A DNA stretch of 64,000 bases from an uncultured Christensenellaceae bacterium. GTDB taxonomy: Bacteria > Bacillota > Clostridia > Christensenellales > UBA3700. Position 1 is the first letter of the stretch; each line of letters starts with the position of its first letter. This document shows, piece by piece, positions 44,818-54,535 of the stretch. The translations under genes and the position numbers were made by a program. Under the pieces are notes generated by a model. The model was not told where the DNA came from, did no database searches, and saw only the letters and a list, made by a program, of their open reading frames with translations. Location of the stretch: positions 2,158 through 66,157 of the forward strand of contig CALWRH010000006.1 in NCBI GenBank assembly GCA_944383895.1, read 5' to 3'.

Positions 44818-46360
44818 TATCTCCTTTGCCGCGTCTGAACAGAGTCGCTAAACCTTTTTTATTCAGAAGACCGGTAAGCGCAAGCAGCGCAAAATATACC
44901 GTGCCCCCCGTTGCGACTCCGACTGCCAGCCTGACGTACATATTGCCGACAGTAAGCGCGACCGCGCGTATACATACGCTCATTATAACACCACAAAGCA
45001 ATATTTTGCTACCACTTTGAACGAGTTGCGGGTTTTTGCCGACGAGTTCGAGATATTTTACGACTGAAAGCGCGGCGGCGAGCGTATACATGACTATCTG
45101 CGCAACGGGAGCTGCCTTTATGCCTATATACGGCAGCAGAAATATCTGTATCACCGTTTTTACAGCCACACCGAACGCAAGATAAGCCGCCGCGCTCCTG
45201 CCCGAGCCGAGAGCCTGAAGTATGCCGCAGAGCAACTGTACTGCAGACGCTGCAATCACGTTGAAAGCCTGCAAACGCAGGATATCCGAAGTGCGGGCGG
45301 CGTCGGTCGCAGAAAACCCGGGGTAAAGCGCACTTACGACGTCGGGAGCGAATACGAGAATAGCAAAAAAGCACGGCACTGCTACCGCAAGACATGCCGA
45401 CAGAGTCAAGCCCGTAGCCTCGTTGACTCTGACGTACTCACCTTTTGCAACGCCCGAAGATATCTTAGGCAGAACGGCAACAGCAAGCGACACTGCAATG
45501 ACTACGGGCAGATTTATCACCGTACCGACCGCGCCGCTGTATATACCGTAATCCGAAGTCGCGTCCGCAAGCGACGCTCCTCCAGCGGTAAGCATGCGAA
45601 CTATCACAAAGCTGTCGAGAAAGCTTGAAACAGGCACGATAAGCGCAGCCGCAAGTATAGGAAGTATGTTTTTTATTATATCGTAATATATAGATTTATC
45701 GACACGGACACGGTAAATATTTTCTTTTCCCGTGTCTTTTCGATAAGCAGCCGCCATAAAGACGAGTCCAGCGATCTCACTGACCGTAACTGCAAAAAGA
45801 GCACCGTAAACGGCGGCAGTCGCACCGTATTTCGAAAGCGCGAGCGCCGCCGTAAGTCCTACGGCGAGCTTTACCGCCTGCTCCGCAGTCTGCGAAAGCG
45901 CGTTGGCGGTCATCCTTCCCTTGCCTATAAAATATCCCTTGTAGTATGTCGACACAGTGACTGCAAGCACGGCGGGAGCAACGACGAGATATCCTTTCCA
46001 TACCGACGGACGCGATTGCAGCGCAGCTACGGGGTATGCAAGCGCTGCGGCGCAAACGAGCCCGATCAGTCCCGATACGACGGCCGTTCTCTTTGCCGCC
46101 GCGCGCGTGGCGGGAATATCGACCTTGAGCGCGTCCGCATACGCGACGTAACGCGCCACTACCGTAGGCAGCGCCGCGCTCGTAAGCGTCAGAAAGAGCG
46201 CGTATACCGGGAAGAAAGTCTGATAAAGACCTATACCCTCCGCACCGAGGATGTTGGTGAGAGGTATGCGGTAAAACGCGCCCACGACTTTGGCGATTAT
46301 ACCCGCGAGCGCGAGTCCCGCCGTAGAACGCAGAAGGGAGTGTTTCCCTTTCTCTTTCAT
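44807..46360 (-). CDS. MOP-superfamily flippase (YabM/SpoVB-like)
   Basis: Start taken at MKEKGKHSLLRSTAGLALAGIIAKVVGAFYRIPLTNILGAEG (ATG 46360, overlapping the spoVT stop as TAATG). About 14 TM helices. The track ORF start further upstream overlaps spoVT. Confidence 0.85.
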   Translation of the reverse strand: MKEKGKHSLLRSTAGLALAGIIAKVVGAFYRIPLTNILGAEGIGLYQTFFPVYALFLTLTSAALPTVVARYVAYADALKVDIPATRAAAKRTAVVSGLIGLVCAAALAYPVAALQSRPSVWKGYLVVAPAVLAVTVSTYYKGYFIGKGRMTANALSQTAEQAVKLAVGLTAALALSKYGATAAVYGALFAVTVSEIAGLVFMAAAYRKDTGKENIYRVRVDKSIYYDIIKNILPILAAALIVPVSSFLDSFVIVRMLTAGGASLADATSDYGIYSGAVGTVINLPVVIAVSLAVAVLPKISSGVAKGEYVRVNEATGLTLSACLAVAVPCFFAILVFAPDVVSALYPGFSATDAARTSDILRLQAFNVIAASAVQLLCGILQALGSGRSAAAYLAFGVAVKTVIQIFLLPYIGIKAAPVAQIVMYTLAAALSVVKYLELVGKNPQLVQSGSKILLCGVIMSVCIRAVALTVGNMYVRLAVGVATGGTVYFALLALTGLLNKKGLATLFRRGKGDSDD

Positions 46361-46884
46361 TATTCCAGCGTTGCCGCTATCAGATCCGCCGCCAGAGCGC
46401 AAAGCCTTGCCTCGGTCGCAGATATCGCAACATCCGAACAAAGCATGACGCCGCCGTACAGATCTCCGCCCACGACGAGCGGCACTATGTGCTGATTTTT
46501 GAATCCGAAAGGCTTGTCGCTGACTATACGGACAGGATCTTGCGGAGCGCACTCTCTGCGGTTGTCGAGCGTTTTATATAGGTTTTCGCTTATCTCCTCT
46601 CCGACGAGCTCCTTAAGCTGCGCGCCGCTCGCGCCGAGCACCGTCGCGCTGTCGCATATGACCGCTCCTTTGCCCGTAGCCCTGTTGAGCGCGTCGCAAT
46701 AAGCCTGCGAAAAATCCGCGCCCGCACCGAGCGCGCTGTAACGTCTTAAGACGAGAGATTTGTCCCCCGTCGTAAAGATCTCCATCTGCTCCCCCTCTTT
46801 GAGTTTGAGGGTCTTTCTCAATTCTTTGGGTATAACGACTCTGCCGAGTTCGTCGATACGCCTGACTATTCCCGTTTCCTTCAT
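46360..46884 (-). CDS. spoVT: Stage V sporulation protein T (AbrB-family regulator)
   Basis: 174 aa. MKETGIVRRIDELGRVVIPKELRKTLKLKEGEQMEIF SpoVT/AbrB swapped-hairpin N-domain plus a GAF-like C-domain. Confidence 0.9.
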   Translation of the reverse strand: MKETGIVRRIDELGRVVIPKELRKTLKLKEGEQMEIFTTGDKSLVLRRYSALGAGADFSQAYCDALNRATGKGAVICDSATVLGASGAQLKELVGEEISENLYKTLDNRRECAPQDPVRIVSDKPFGFKNQHIVPLVVGGDLYGGVMLCSDVAISATEARLCALAADLIAATLE

Positions 46885-46952
46885 TTTTCCTCCGCTTTAT
46901 CTGCATTAGTATCTTCAGCTGCGGCTCAAATATTCGCAGCAGGCACTCGATG

Positions 46953-48446
46953 TCAGACGAATTCTTCGGGAGTGGGATATATAGTCTGAGAATAGTCGTA
47001 TCCCGCATATTCCTCGAGCGGACAGAGTTCTGCACCGTCCCACTCGGGATTGTTGCGGTATATTTCTAAAAAACGCGAAGGAACATAAATTTTGCAGTTT
47101 TCGTTGCGCGAAGATATCGAAATCCTTTTCATGAGTTTAGGAGTATCCGAAAGCAATATCACCGCCTGAAGATTGAAAAACTCTCCGAGATTCTGATCCG
47201 TCAGGATATTGTCGCGGAATACGATTTCAAAAGTCATAAAATTGCCTTTCGAGATACCTGTCATAACCGTGGACACGTCGCCTTTTACTACGACCCCGTT
47301 AATAAACAGACATTGACTGCAGGAAAAACCGATTCTGTCGGCATTGTCGAAATCTACTTCGACAATCCCGCTTTTTTTGCGATTCGCGCCTTTGAGCAAG
47401 CCGTCCGTCGATATCAGACTGTTTCCCCCGTAATATCTCGTATTGGCAAACGAAACGACATATTTCCGAGCCGCCATGTTGACGAAATTATAGTCGCTAT
47501 CGTTTATATAAACTGTATACTCAATGACCGTGTTGCCGTCAAGTTTTACAGTCTTCACTTGCCTGCCCTGAAAGGTAAACGGAATATACAATTCTGTGTC
47601 GTAGACGCTTTCGATCAACAAAACGCCGTCTTCGTCGATCGTTCTTACAGACTTGTTGTGACAATCTGCATAAAGACGTATGTTTTTTTCTTCCGCCACG
47701 TCGCTTGCAAAATCCCAATGTCTGCCTTTTTCAAGATCGAACCAGCCTTCGCAGACGCAATTGTCGGGGAAATCGTATTCGAACTCGGGCACAGTCTTGC
47801 CCTGAACGACCGTAAACGCAGCGGCAAGCTTGTCGTAGAACCAGAATTCAACCGTAGACATAGGAAGGGTCTGTACCGTTTCTTTCATCTTTTCCGTAAC
47901 GACTTCGGATAGCCTGGCGTCCAAAGACGTCAACGTGTTTTCGATATCCGCCTTTACCACGCGCGCCTCTTCTACCGTTCTGGCGACCTCTGTGTTGAGA
48001 TTGTCCGCAGTGAGAACCGCCGCGGAAAGTTCCGTAAGCATATTAGCCGGTTCGATGACACGTGTTTCGAGAGAGTTGACGGACGCGGCGACTTCGAATA
48101 TCCCTCCCGTCCTGCCTACGCTCTTGGCAACGACGCTCTCTTTGGATTTGAGATAGATAACGAGCTGAGCGTCGACGTAACCTTCGTACTGCGTAAGGCA
48201 GTTGGGCACTTCGAAATTCAGCCCGTCGTCGCCGTATTCGAGAGCGGGCGAAGAATATGCCGCCTTAGCCGCGCCGCCGTGAGTCATGCAGACGAAGTCT
48301 ATATAATATCCGTACTGCTTGGGATCCGTCATGCCTACGCATTTTATATTGATCGTATCTGACAGATTGTTATTCTGCGCGACGACGTAGCGATGGCGAC
48401 TGACAAGAGTGGAATTGTCTTTGTCGTATGTGCAATAAATAACCAT
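46953..48446 (-). CDS. Hypothetical protein with phage baseplate/receptor-binding (BppU-N-like) N-domain, coiled coil and beta-rich C-terminus
   Basis: Start preferred at MVIYCTYDKD (ATG 48446) behind an AAGGAG SD. The N-domain pattern (AQNNNLSDTINIKC ... FEVPNCLTQYEGYVDAQLVIYL ... GIFEVAASV) resembles phage BppU_N Ig-like domains, from memory. It is followed by a coiled coil (NLNTEVARTVEEARVVKADIENTLTSLDARL). No signal peptide. Confidence 0.6.
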   Translation of the reverse strand: MVIYCTYDKDNSTLVSRHRYVVAQNNNLSDTINIKCVGMTDPKQYGYYIDFVCMTHGGAAKAAYSSPALEYGDDGLNFEVPNCLTQYEGYVDAQLVIYLKSKESVVAKSVGRTGGIFEVAASVNSLETRVIEPANMLTELSAAVLTADNLNTEVARTVEEARVVKADIENTLTSLDARLSEVVTEKMKETVQTLPMSTVEFWFYDKLAAAFTVVQGKTVPEFEYDFPDNCVCEGWFDLEKGRHWDFASDVAEEKNIRLYADCHNKSVRTIDEDGVLLIESVYDTELYIPFTFQGRQVKTVKLDGNTVIEYTVYINDSDYNFVNMAARKYVVSFANTRYYGGNSLISTDGLLKGANRKKSGIVEVDFDNADRIGFSCSQCLFINGVVVKGDVSTVMTGISKGNFMTFEIVFRDNILTDQNLGEFFNLQAVILLSDTPKLMKRISISSRNENCKIYVPSRFLEIYRNNPEWDGAELCPLEEYAGYDYSQTIYPTPEEFV

Positions 48447-48635
48447 TTGCGCTCCTTGAGGGGAAAGAAGCATAGCCGACATAAGAAATATATACCCTGC
48501 CGCGAACGCTTGCAAGCATGATTGCCAGATTTTTCCACAGACAGACAAAACTCTTTTTTCAATGCTTGATTTATACAAGTTTAATCAACACGGGCGCAAT
48601 AATTTTTGACGATAGATATTTCGAGATATGATCTT

Positions 48636-48667
48636 TACAAACAAAAACGCGCCCGTTAAGGCGCGTT
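48636..48667 (-). terminator. Rho-independent terminator after metH
   Basis: Minus strand: ACGCGCC-ttaacg-GGCGCGT followed by TTTTTGTTTGT. Confidence 0.65.
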
Positions 48668-48713
48668 GCATAAAGCGTTTGATATTCTCGCAATATTATG
48701 AAAAGCTGAATTG

Positions 48714-51047
48714 TCAGGCAAATATTTTCTTGAGCTCCCTGACCGTAGCGTTGGCGTCTTTGCAATATATGCCGCCTATGCTCTTTGCGTATTCGGGCGT
48801 AATTACCGCTCCGCCTACGAGCACGGGCAGATCGGGATATTTTTGTCTGACGAGCCCGATCGTATCCGCCATGTTCTGCGCCGTGGTAGTCATAAGCGCA
48901 GACAGACCGAGAACGCACGGATAATTCTTTTCTACCGCATCGAGCACCGTCTTGTAGTCTACGTCTCTGCCGAGATCTATGACTTTGAAACCGTAATTGG
49001 ACACGACTGCCTTGACAATATTTTTACCTATGTCGTGGATATCGCCCTTTACCGTAGCGAGCACGAAACATCTGTCGCCTTCTGCCTCTCCGCTCTCTTT
49101 CATCTTTTCTTCGAGCACTGCAAAAGCCTGCTTTGCGCTGTCCGCCGCGGCTATAAGCTGAGGCAAGAATATCTTGCCGCTCTCATAAAGTTCTCCCACT
49201 CTGTCCAGCGCAGGTATGATATGCTTTGCCGCGACGTCGAGAGGGCTCATGTCTTTTATCAGTTTTTCTGCGGTTTCTTTTGCAAGACTGCCCATGCCGC
49301 CGACTATCGCCTTTGTCATATCGGGCGCGCCTTCAGGGGCAAGCTCTTCTGTCTTTACAGAATCCGTCTTTGCCGCGTAAGCGATATATTCTTCTACCGC
49401 GCCCTGTTTATCGAGCAGGAAATCCCGCGCATAATCGCTCGGCTTTATATTGATGAGCGACGGATTTATTATCGCGAGATCGAGTCCCGCATCTTTTGCC
49501 ATAGAGAGGAAACAAGCGTTGATATCTTCTCTGTGCGGCATGCCGAAAGATATGTTGCTGACTCCGAGTATTGTGCCTGCGCCCGTCTTCTTTATCTCTC
49601 CGAGCGCGCCGAGAGTGCAGACCGCGCTGCCTTTCTGCGCAGACTGCGCCATGGTAAGAGTATCGACGTATATATCCTCTTTTTCTATGCCTCTTTTCAG
49701 ACACTCGGCTACGAGCATCTTGCCGATAGCGACTCTGCCCTCTATCGTGTCGGGTATGCCGTTTTCGTCAAGCGCAAGGCAGACTACTGCCGCGCCGTAC
49801 TTTTTTGCAAGAGGCAGCACCGAATCTATACTGCTCTTCTTTCCGTTTACGCTGTTGATAAGCGCCTTGCCGTTGTAGCGCCTTAACGCCGCCTCGAGCA
49901 CTTCGGGAGAAGAGCTGTCGATGACGAGAGGTTTAGAAACGACTTTCTGAAGTCCTTCGACGACTCTGACCATATTCGCCTTTTCGTCAGTGCCGTTGAG
50001 TCCTACGTTGACGTCGAGAACGTCCGCTCCCGACTGCGCCTGTTCAATGCCCTGAGCGAGGATATAGTCGAAATCTCCTTCTCTCAATGCTTTCTGAAAG
50101 ACTTTTTTGCCCGTGGGATTTATCCTCTCTCCCACAACTTTCATGCCTTCAACGATCACCGTAGACGTAGAGCTTGACAGCGCTCTCACGGGTCTGTATT
50201 CGGGTCTTTCCGCTACGCCTGCGGTTTCTTCTGCGAGAGTACGGATATAGTCGGGCGTAGTGCCGCAACATCCGCCGAGTATGTTAACTCCGAGAGAGTG
50301 TATTTTCTTCATCGCGTCGCAGAACTGCACTTTGTCTATGTCGTATACCGTTCTGCCGTTTTCAAAACGCGGCATGCCTGCGTTGGGCTTAATGAATACG
50401 GGCAGCTTTGTGCAGCTGAGCAGCTTTTCTGCCATAGGCAACATCTGAAAGGGACCTACCGAACAGTTTATGCCTATCGCGCTCACGCCCATGCCCGAAA
50501 CCGTACGCGCAAAGCTCTCTATATCCGTACCGAAAGCGCTCCTGCCGTTTTCTTCAAAAGACATCGAGAGCATTATCGGAAGAGAGCTGTTTTCCTTTGC
50601 CGCAAGCAGCGCTATCCTCGCGTCGGCAAGGTCCGTCATCGTCTCTATGACTATGACGTCCGTCTTATCTTCAGCCGCGCGTATCACAGCCGCGTAATTT
50701 TCGTAAGCCTCGTCAAAACTTATGCCGCCCTCGCCTATCAGCTTGCCGAGAGGTCCGACGTCGAGAGCAACGTATGCTTTTCCTCCCGCCGCCTTTCTCG
50801 CTATCTCTATCGCCGCTTTGATGACTTCTCCCGTTTCCGCACCGAGTTTGAGCGGATTGGCCCCGAAAGTGTTGGTATAAATAACGTTGCTGCCCGCATC
50901 GACGTAATCGCGGTGCACAGAATACACTACGTCCGGATTTTCAACGTTGAGTTTTTCAAGGCGGTAACCCGCAGGAGCTCCGCTCCTTTCTGAGAGCAGA
51001 CTTCCCGTCGCGCCGTCAAGAATTATTCTTCCTCTGAAGTCAATCAC
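48714..51047 (-). CDS. metH: Cobalamin-dependent methionine synthase lacking the reactivation domain
   Basis: 777 aa. Homocysteine S-methyltransferase N-domain (LDGATGSLL ... GGCCGTTP), a pterin-binding domain, a B12-binding cap, and the DxHxxG motif (GDIHDIGKNIV). Confidence 0.9.
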   Translation of the reverse strand: MIDFRGRIILDGATGSLLSERSGAPAGYRLEKLNVENPDVVYSVHRDYVDAGSNVIYTNTFGANPLKLGAETGEVIKAAIEIARKAAGGKAYVALDVGPLGKLIGEGGISFDEAYENYAAVIRAAEDKTDVIVIETMTDLADARIALLAAKENSSLPIMLSMSFEENGRSAFGTDIESFARTVSGMGVSAIGINCSVGPFQMLPMAEKLLSCTKLPVFIKPNAGMPRFENGRTVYDIDKVQFCDAMKKIHSLGVNILGGCCGTTPDYIRTLAEETAGVAERPEYRPVRALSSSTSTVIVEGMKVVGERINPTGKKVFQKALREGDFDYILAQGIEQAQSGADVLDVNVGLNGTDEKANMVRVVEGLQKVVSKPLVIDSSSPEVLEAALRRYNGKALINSVNGKKSSIDSVLPLAKKYGAAVVCLALDENGIPDTIEGRVAIGKMLVAECLKRGIEKEDIYVDTLTMAQSAQKGSAVCTLGALGEIKKTGAGTILGVSNISFGMPHREDINACFLSMAKDAGLDLAIINPSLINIKPSDYARDFLLDKQGAVEEYIAYAAKTDSVKTEELAPEGAPDMTKAIVGGMGSLAKETAEKLIKDMSPLDVAAKHIIPALDRVGELYESGKIFLPQLIAAADSAKQAFAVLEEKMKESGEAEGDRCFVLATVKGDIHDIGKNIVKAVVSNYGFKVIDLGRDVDYKTVLDAVEKNYPCVLGLSALMTTTAQNMADTIGLVRQKYPDLPVLVGGAVITPEYAKSIGGIYCKDANATVRELKKIFA

Positions 51048-51675
51048 TGCATATACCTCCGTCGCAGGACCCGCGTTTTACGCATACGTCGCAGCGTCTG
51101 CCGCCATTGACGGGTCCGTCGCTTATGCCCGCGACCGCGCTGACAGTCTTGGAAGGTATCATCATACCTCCCTCGGTCATCCTTATGCCTAAAAATTTAT
51201 CCGCTTTGAGCGCGTCTATAAAACTCGCCTGCGACGCAAGCGGCATATCTCCGTAACCGCATGAAAAACGTCTTGTGAGCGACTTGCCCTTTTCTTCAAG
51301 GCGGGCGCGTTGATTTTTTTCCAGCTCGTCGCAGTAAGCGTCTACCCAGAGCCCCGCACAAAGATCGACGGCGTAAGCAAGTGTCAGATCTGTAAGTTTC
51401 AGACTTTCTATGAGCCTGTCCGTTTCAGAGCCGATCGTCGCGCAGAAATAATATACGGCGTCGCAACCTTCGAGAAGCCGCGCTATGTCGTTGCCGTAAA
51501 GCTTGAGTACTGTGTTTTCCACTCTCAAGCCGTCCTCTTCTGCAATAAGTCTGCCCGTAGCCTCTACGCACCTGCAACGGGCGGTCTTTTCGACTTCAGC
51601 CACCGCGCGACGCGCGAGCTCGAGCGCGCCTTCGTCTTTGCCGAGATATACGGCAAGTTGTTTTTCAGTAATCAC
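51040..51675 (-). CDS. Stand-alone methionine synthase reactivation (AdoMet-binding) domain protein
   Basis: Start proposed at the GTG at 51675 (VITEKQLAVYLG) behind a GAAGGAGA SD, overlapping the metF stop as GTGA. RFSCGYGDMPL and GMMIPSKTVSAV motifs resemble the Met_synt_B12 domain. The upstream part of the track ORF overlaps metF and is Arg-rich. Confidence 0.65.
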   Translation of the reverse strand: MITEKQLAVYLGKDEGALELARRAVAEVEKTARCRCVEATGRLIAEEDGLRVENTVLKLYGNDIARLLEGCDAVYYFCATIGSETDRLIESLKLTDLTLAYAVDLCAGLWVDAYCDELEKNQRARLEEKGKSLTRRFSCGYGDMPLASQASFIDALKADKFLGIRMTEGGMMIPSKTVSAVAGISDGPVNGGRRCDVCVKRGSCDGGICSD

Positions 51676-52526
51676 TTTCTGTCTCCTTCGAACGCGTTGA
51701 ATACCGCACGCGCAACGTCGCCTTTGTTCATGGTGTAAAGATGTATGCCCTTTACGCCGTTGTCTATAAGATCGCGTATCTGTCCTATCGCGTAATCTAT
51801 GCCCGCCTTGTACAGGTCTTCTCCCTGATAATTTGCGCATATCTTGCTGAACGCGGTCGGGATCTGCACTCCGCACATAGAAACTATTCTCTCCACCTGC
51901 GTAGTATTGGTTATCGGCATAATGCCCGCAGATACCGTGGCGGTTATGCCCGCCTTGGCTGCCTTATCTCTGAAATCGTAAAAAGTGGCGTTGTCGAAAA
52001 AGAGCTGCGTTACCAGATGCGATATGCCCGAGTCTGTCTTGAGCTTTACCATTTTGAGATCTTCTTCAAGACTCGCAGCCTCGGGATGTCCTTCGGGATA
52101 GCATGCACCGAGAAGTTCGAACTGAGGATAATTTTCCTTGATATACTTAGCGAGTTCGTTCGCGTGACGGAAATCGTAGAATCTGCTGTCCGCCGCTATA
52201 TCTCCGCGCAGAGTGAGTATGCTGTTCACTCCCTTGCGGCTGAGCATCTGAAGTCTTTCCTCGAGCAGATCTTTGGTCATATTGACAGCGGTCATGTGCG
52301 CGACCGCAGTCATATCGAACGCGTCTATGACGACGCTCGCCACGTCCGCGGTAGTCATGCCGCCGCTGCCGCTCGCTCCGTATGTGATGGAAACATAGTC
52401 TGGATCGAGCGGTTTTATCTCTTTAAGCGCCCTTATCACGCCTTCGAGCATACCGTTTTTCTTTGGAGGAAATACCTCTGCCGACATTACGACCTTTTTA
52501 TTCTCAAACAATTCTCTTATATACAT
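51672..52526 (-). CDS. metF: Methylenetetrahydrofolate reductase
   Basis: 284 aa. SAEVFPPKK ... YVSITYGASGS ... LTLRGD motifs. First gene of the metF, reactivation-domain and metH block. Confidence 0.9.
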   Translation of the reverse strand: MYIRELFENKKVVMSAEVFPPKKNGMLEGVIRALKEIKPLDPDYVSITYGASGSGGMTTADVASVVIDAFDMTAVAHMTAVNMTKDLLEERLQMLSRKGVNSILTLRGDIAADSRFYDFRHANELAKYIKENYPQFELLGACYPEGHPEAASLEEDLKMVKLKTDSGISHLVTQLFFDNATFYDFRDKAAKAGITATVSAGIMPITNTTQVERIVSMCGVQIPTAFSKICANYQGEDLYKAGIDYAIGQIRDLIDNGVKGIHLYTMNKGDVARAVFNAFEGDRK

Positions 52527-52737
52527 AATCTACCTCACGAGCACTTGCGCGCGTAAATATACTAAAGATATAATAACATATTTTTTAAGGATTTTCATTA
52601 AATACGCGTAAATTATTGGGTATACGCCTCAGTTCCCGCCTGTTTACATATATTTCTCCCTCATATATCCCGCCGCGTAAAACTCCTTGCCATCGCCGTT
52701 TTGCCGACATGATCTGAGTGCGGACTTACTCCCCGCC

Positions 52738-52777
52738 CGAATAAAGACCAAAGGGCAACCGAAAATCGGTTGCCCTT
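52738..52777 (-). terminator. Rho-independent terminator after the 495-aa lipoprotein gene
   Basis: Minus strand: AGGGCAACCGA-ttt-TCGGTTGCCCT (11-bp stem) followed by TTGGTCTTTATT. Confidence 0.65.
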
Positions 52778-52874
52778 CAGCCAGTTGTGTGTAGATTTGG
52801 GATTTGGTTACCCTATATTGATAGGCTATATATGGAATTATGTTGTAACAATCGCTATGGTTTGCTCCGTACGT

Positions 52875-54362
52875 TTATTCCTGCTGACCGTTCTGCTGTC
52901 CGTGCTGGTATTTCCACTCGAACCTGCCCTCTTTAGCCTGAGCGAGGAATTCTTCTGCATCCTTGCGAGCGCTTTCTATCGCAGTGTTGTAGATGGTCTG
53001 CGCGCTTGTCAGCATATCTTTTGCCGCCTGAACGTAAGTGTTTGCCTCTTCGAGCTCTTCAGCAGTCAGATCTTCTTCTATTTTCTGCATCGTTTCGTCG
53101 CGTTTCTGCTCAAGATAAGTTACGAGGCTCCTTACGTCGTCGATCGTCAGATCTCCGAGACTGTTAACGAACTCGAATACGTCGCTGCCGAGATCCTTGA
53201 CGTCTGCAAGGATATTCCTTATCTGCGTAGCGTATTCTTCGGGCAGAGAGTTGATATACTCGTCGACCTCTGCCTGGAACCCGTTGATATATGCCTCGAG
53301 CTCCGGGATCTCTTCCTTGATCTGATTGTAAGCCTCTGCGCTCATGTTCTTTATCGTCTTATCGATATAAGCCTCGAGACTCTCTAACGTGATCTTGCCG
53401 TTTTCGTCAGCGACAGCCGCGTCGACTTCGCTCTTTTCCACACCCAGGATATCTGCGATTTTTTGTGTATCTACGTTGGAGAGAGCTTTGTCTGCATAAT
53501 CCAGGGTGAGTTCTATAACGTCGAGCGTGTAGTCGACAGATACCGCCGCTATATCGTATGCCGCATAAATCGCGCCATAGTTGACGCTGTGTTCGAATAC
53601 GTTGAGCGCCATGAGTTTTGCGTAATATGCCGTCCACGCAACTCCGCCCGCAGTCGTCTTGGCGATTTCGAAAGCTTCGTTTGCCTGCGCTACCGCGAGG
53701 TTGTATGCCTCGGTCGCGTACGGCTCTATCTTGTTGTAGCACTCGTTGAGTTTTTCTATAAGATCCTCGTTGTCGAGAGATGCAGCATACTCGAAAGTAA
53801 TGCCTTCGTCGTTTGCTACAAGCTCGGTCACAAGCTTGAATTTACCTGCGGTCATATTCTGCACTGCGCTTACATTGGGGTATTTACCCTTTGCGTATTC
53901 AAGCTTTCTGCTCAGAGAAAATCCCGCGTCCGTGTTGATATTTACAGATATATCCGCTTTGTCCGCCTCGGCTTTGAAAGACGCCTCAACTACGTCAGCC
54001 ACTTTTGCCTCAGCCTCTGCAGAACCGTCGCCCGCAACTACCGTAACGTTGACTCCGCTGTTTTCTTCAGTCAGATATCCGCAGTCTACCGCAAGCTGTG
54101 CGATAAGCTCGAACGCCTCTTCTGCGGTCTTGCCTACTATCACTTCTCCGTACAGCATTACCTGCGCGTCCTCGTTGGCAGCCTCAACCGACTCTACCTT
54201 TCCGTCTTTTCCGATAACCAGATTGACGGACGGATTGATGTCTATACCGACATATGTCTTGGACTCTTCTGCCTTTTTGTCTGTATTAAGACAACCGACA
54301 AAAACCGTACAAATCAATGCCATCGTCAGAAATACAGCTGTTATTACGCTTATCTTTCTCAT
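52875..54362 (-). CDS. Lipoprotein paralogous to the ectodomain of the neighbouring anti-sigma factor
   Basis: 495 aa with lipobox FVGC and GGAGGG SD. YVGIDINPSVNLVIGKDGKVESVEAANEDAQVML parallels YLRMDINPSVEFVYDEDLKVTDIKSANSDADLLL in the 471-aa protein. Long helical, acidic C-terminal half. Confidence 0.85.
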   Translation of the reverse strand: MRKISVITAVFLTMALICTVFVGCLNTDKKAEESKTYVGIDINPSVNLVIGKDGKVESVEAANEDAQVMLYGEVIVGKTAEEAFELIAQLAVDCGYLTEENSGVNVTVVAGDGSAEAEAKVADVVEASFKAEADKADISVNINTDAGFSLSRKLEYAKGKYPNVSAVQNMTAGKFKLVTELVANDEGITFEYAASLDNEDLIEKLNECYNKIEPYATEAYNLAVAQANEAFEIAKTTAGGVAWTAYYAKLMALNVFEHSVNYGAIYAAYDIAAVSVDYTLDVIELTLDYADKALSNVDTQKIADILGVEKSEVDAAVADENGKITLESLEAYIDKTIKNMSAEAYNQIKEEIPELEAYINGFQAEVDEYINSLPEEYATQIRNILADVKDLGSDVFEFVNSLGDLTIDDVRSLVTYLEQKRDETMQKIEEDLTAEELEEANTYVQAAKDMLTSAQTIYNTAIESARKDAEEFLAQAKEGRFEWKYQHGQQNGQQE

Positions 54363-54535
54363 AATGACGCCCTCCTTGAGGTTTCGTTCATTTATTAAAC
54401 AACGCCGATTTTCCTTTTATTGGTAAATAATGAAAAATTTTTATTTTATATTTTACATAATAAAAATATGCGATCGGATGTTACCGCACCGACGGTATAC
54501 ACTTCAATAAATCCCCCTTCTATATAATATTGTTT

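Noticed and set aside
46953-48578. Prophage or mobile element around the BppU-like gene, and the longer 541-aa start
   Set aside because: No integrase, terminase, other tail genes or flanking repeats are present. The upstream 44 codons lack an SD, whereas ATG 48446 has AAGGAG.
48711-49886. 391-aa plus-strand ORF
   Set aside because: It is antisense to metH.
52527-52740. SAM riboswitch upstream of metF
   Set aside because: The minus-strand leader shows no SAM-I core (no GAGGGA..GCCC..GCAACC..AGATAAG pattern). A plausible promoter (ATGAAA-17-TGtTATTAT) lies only about 55 nt from the start codon.
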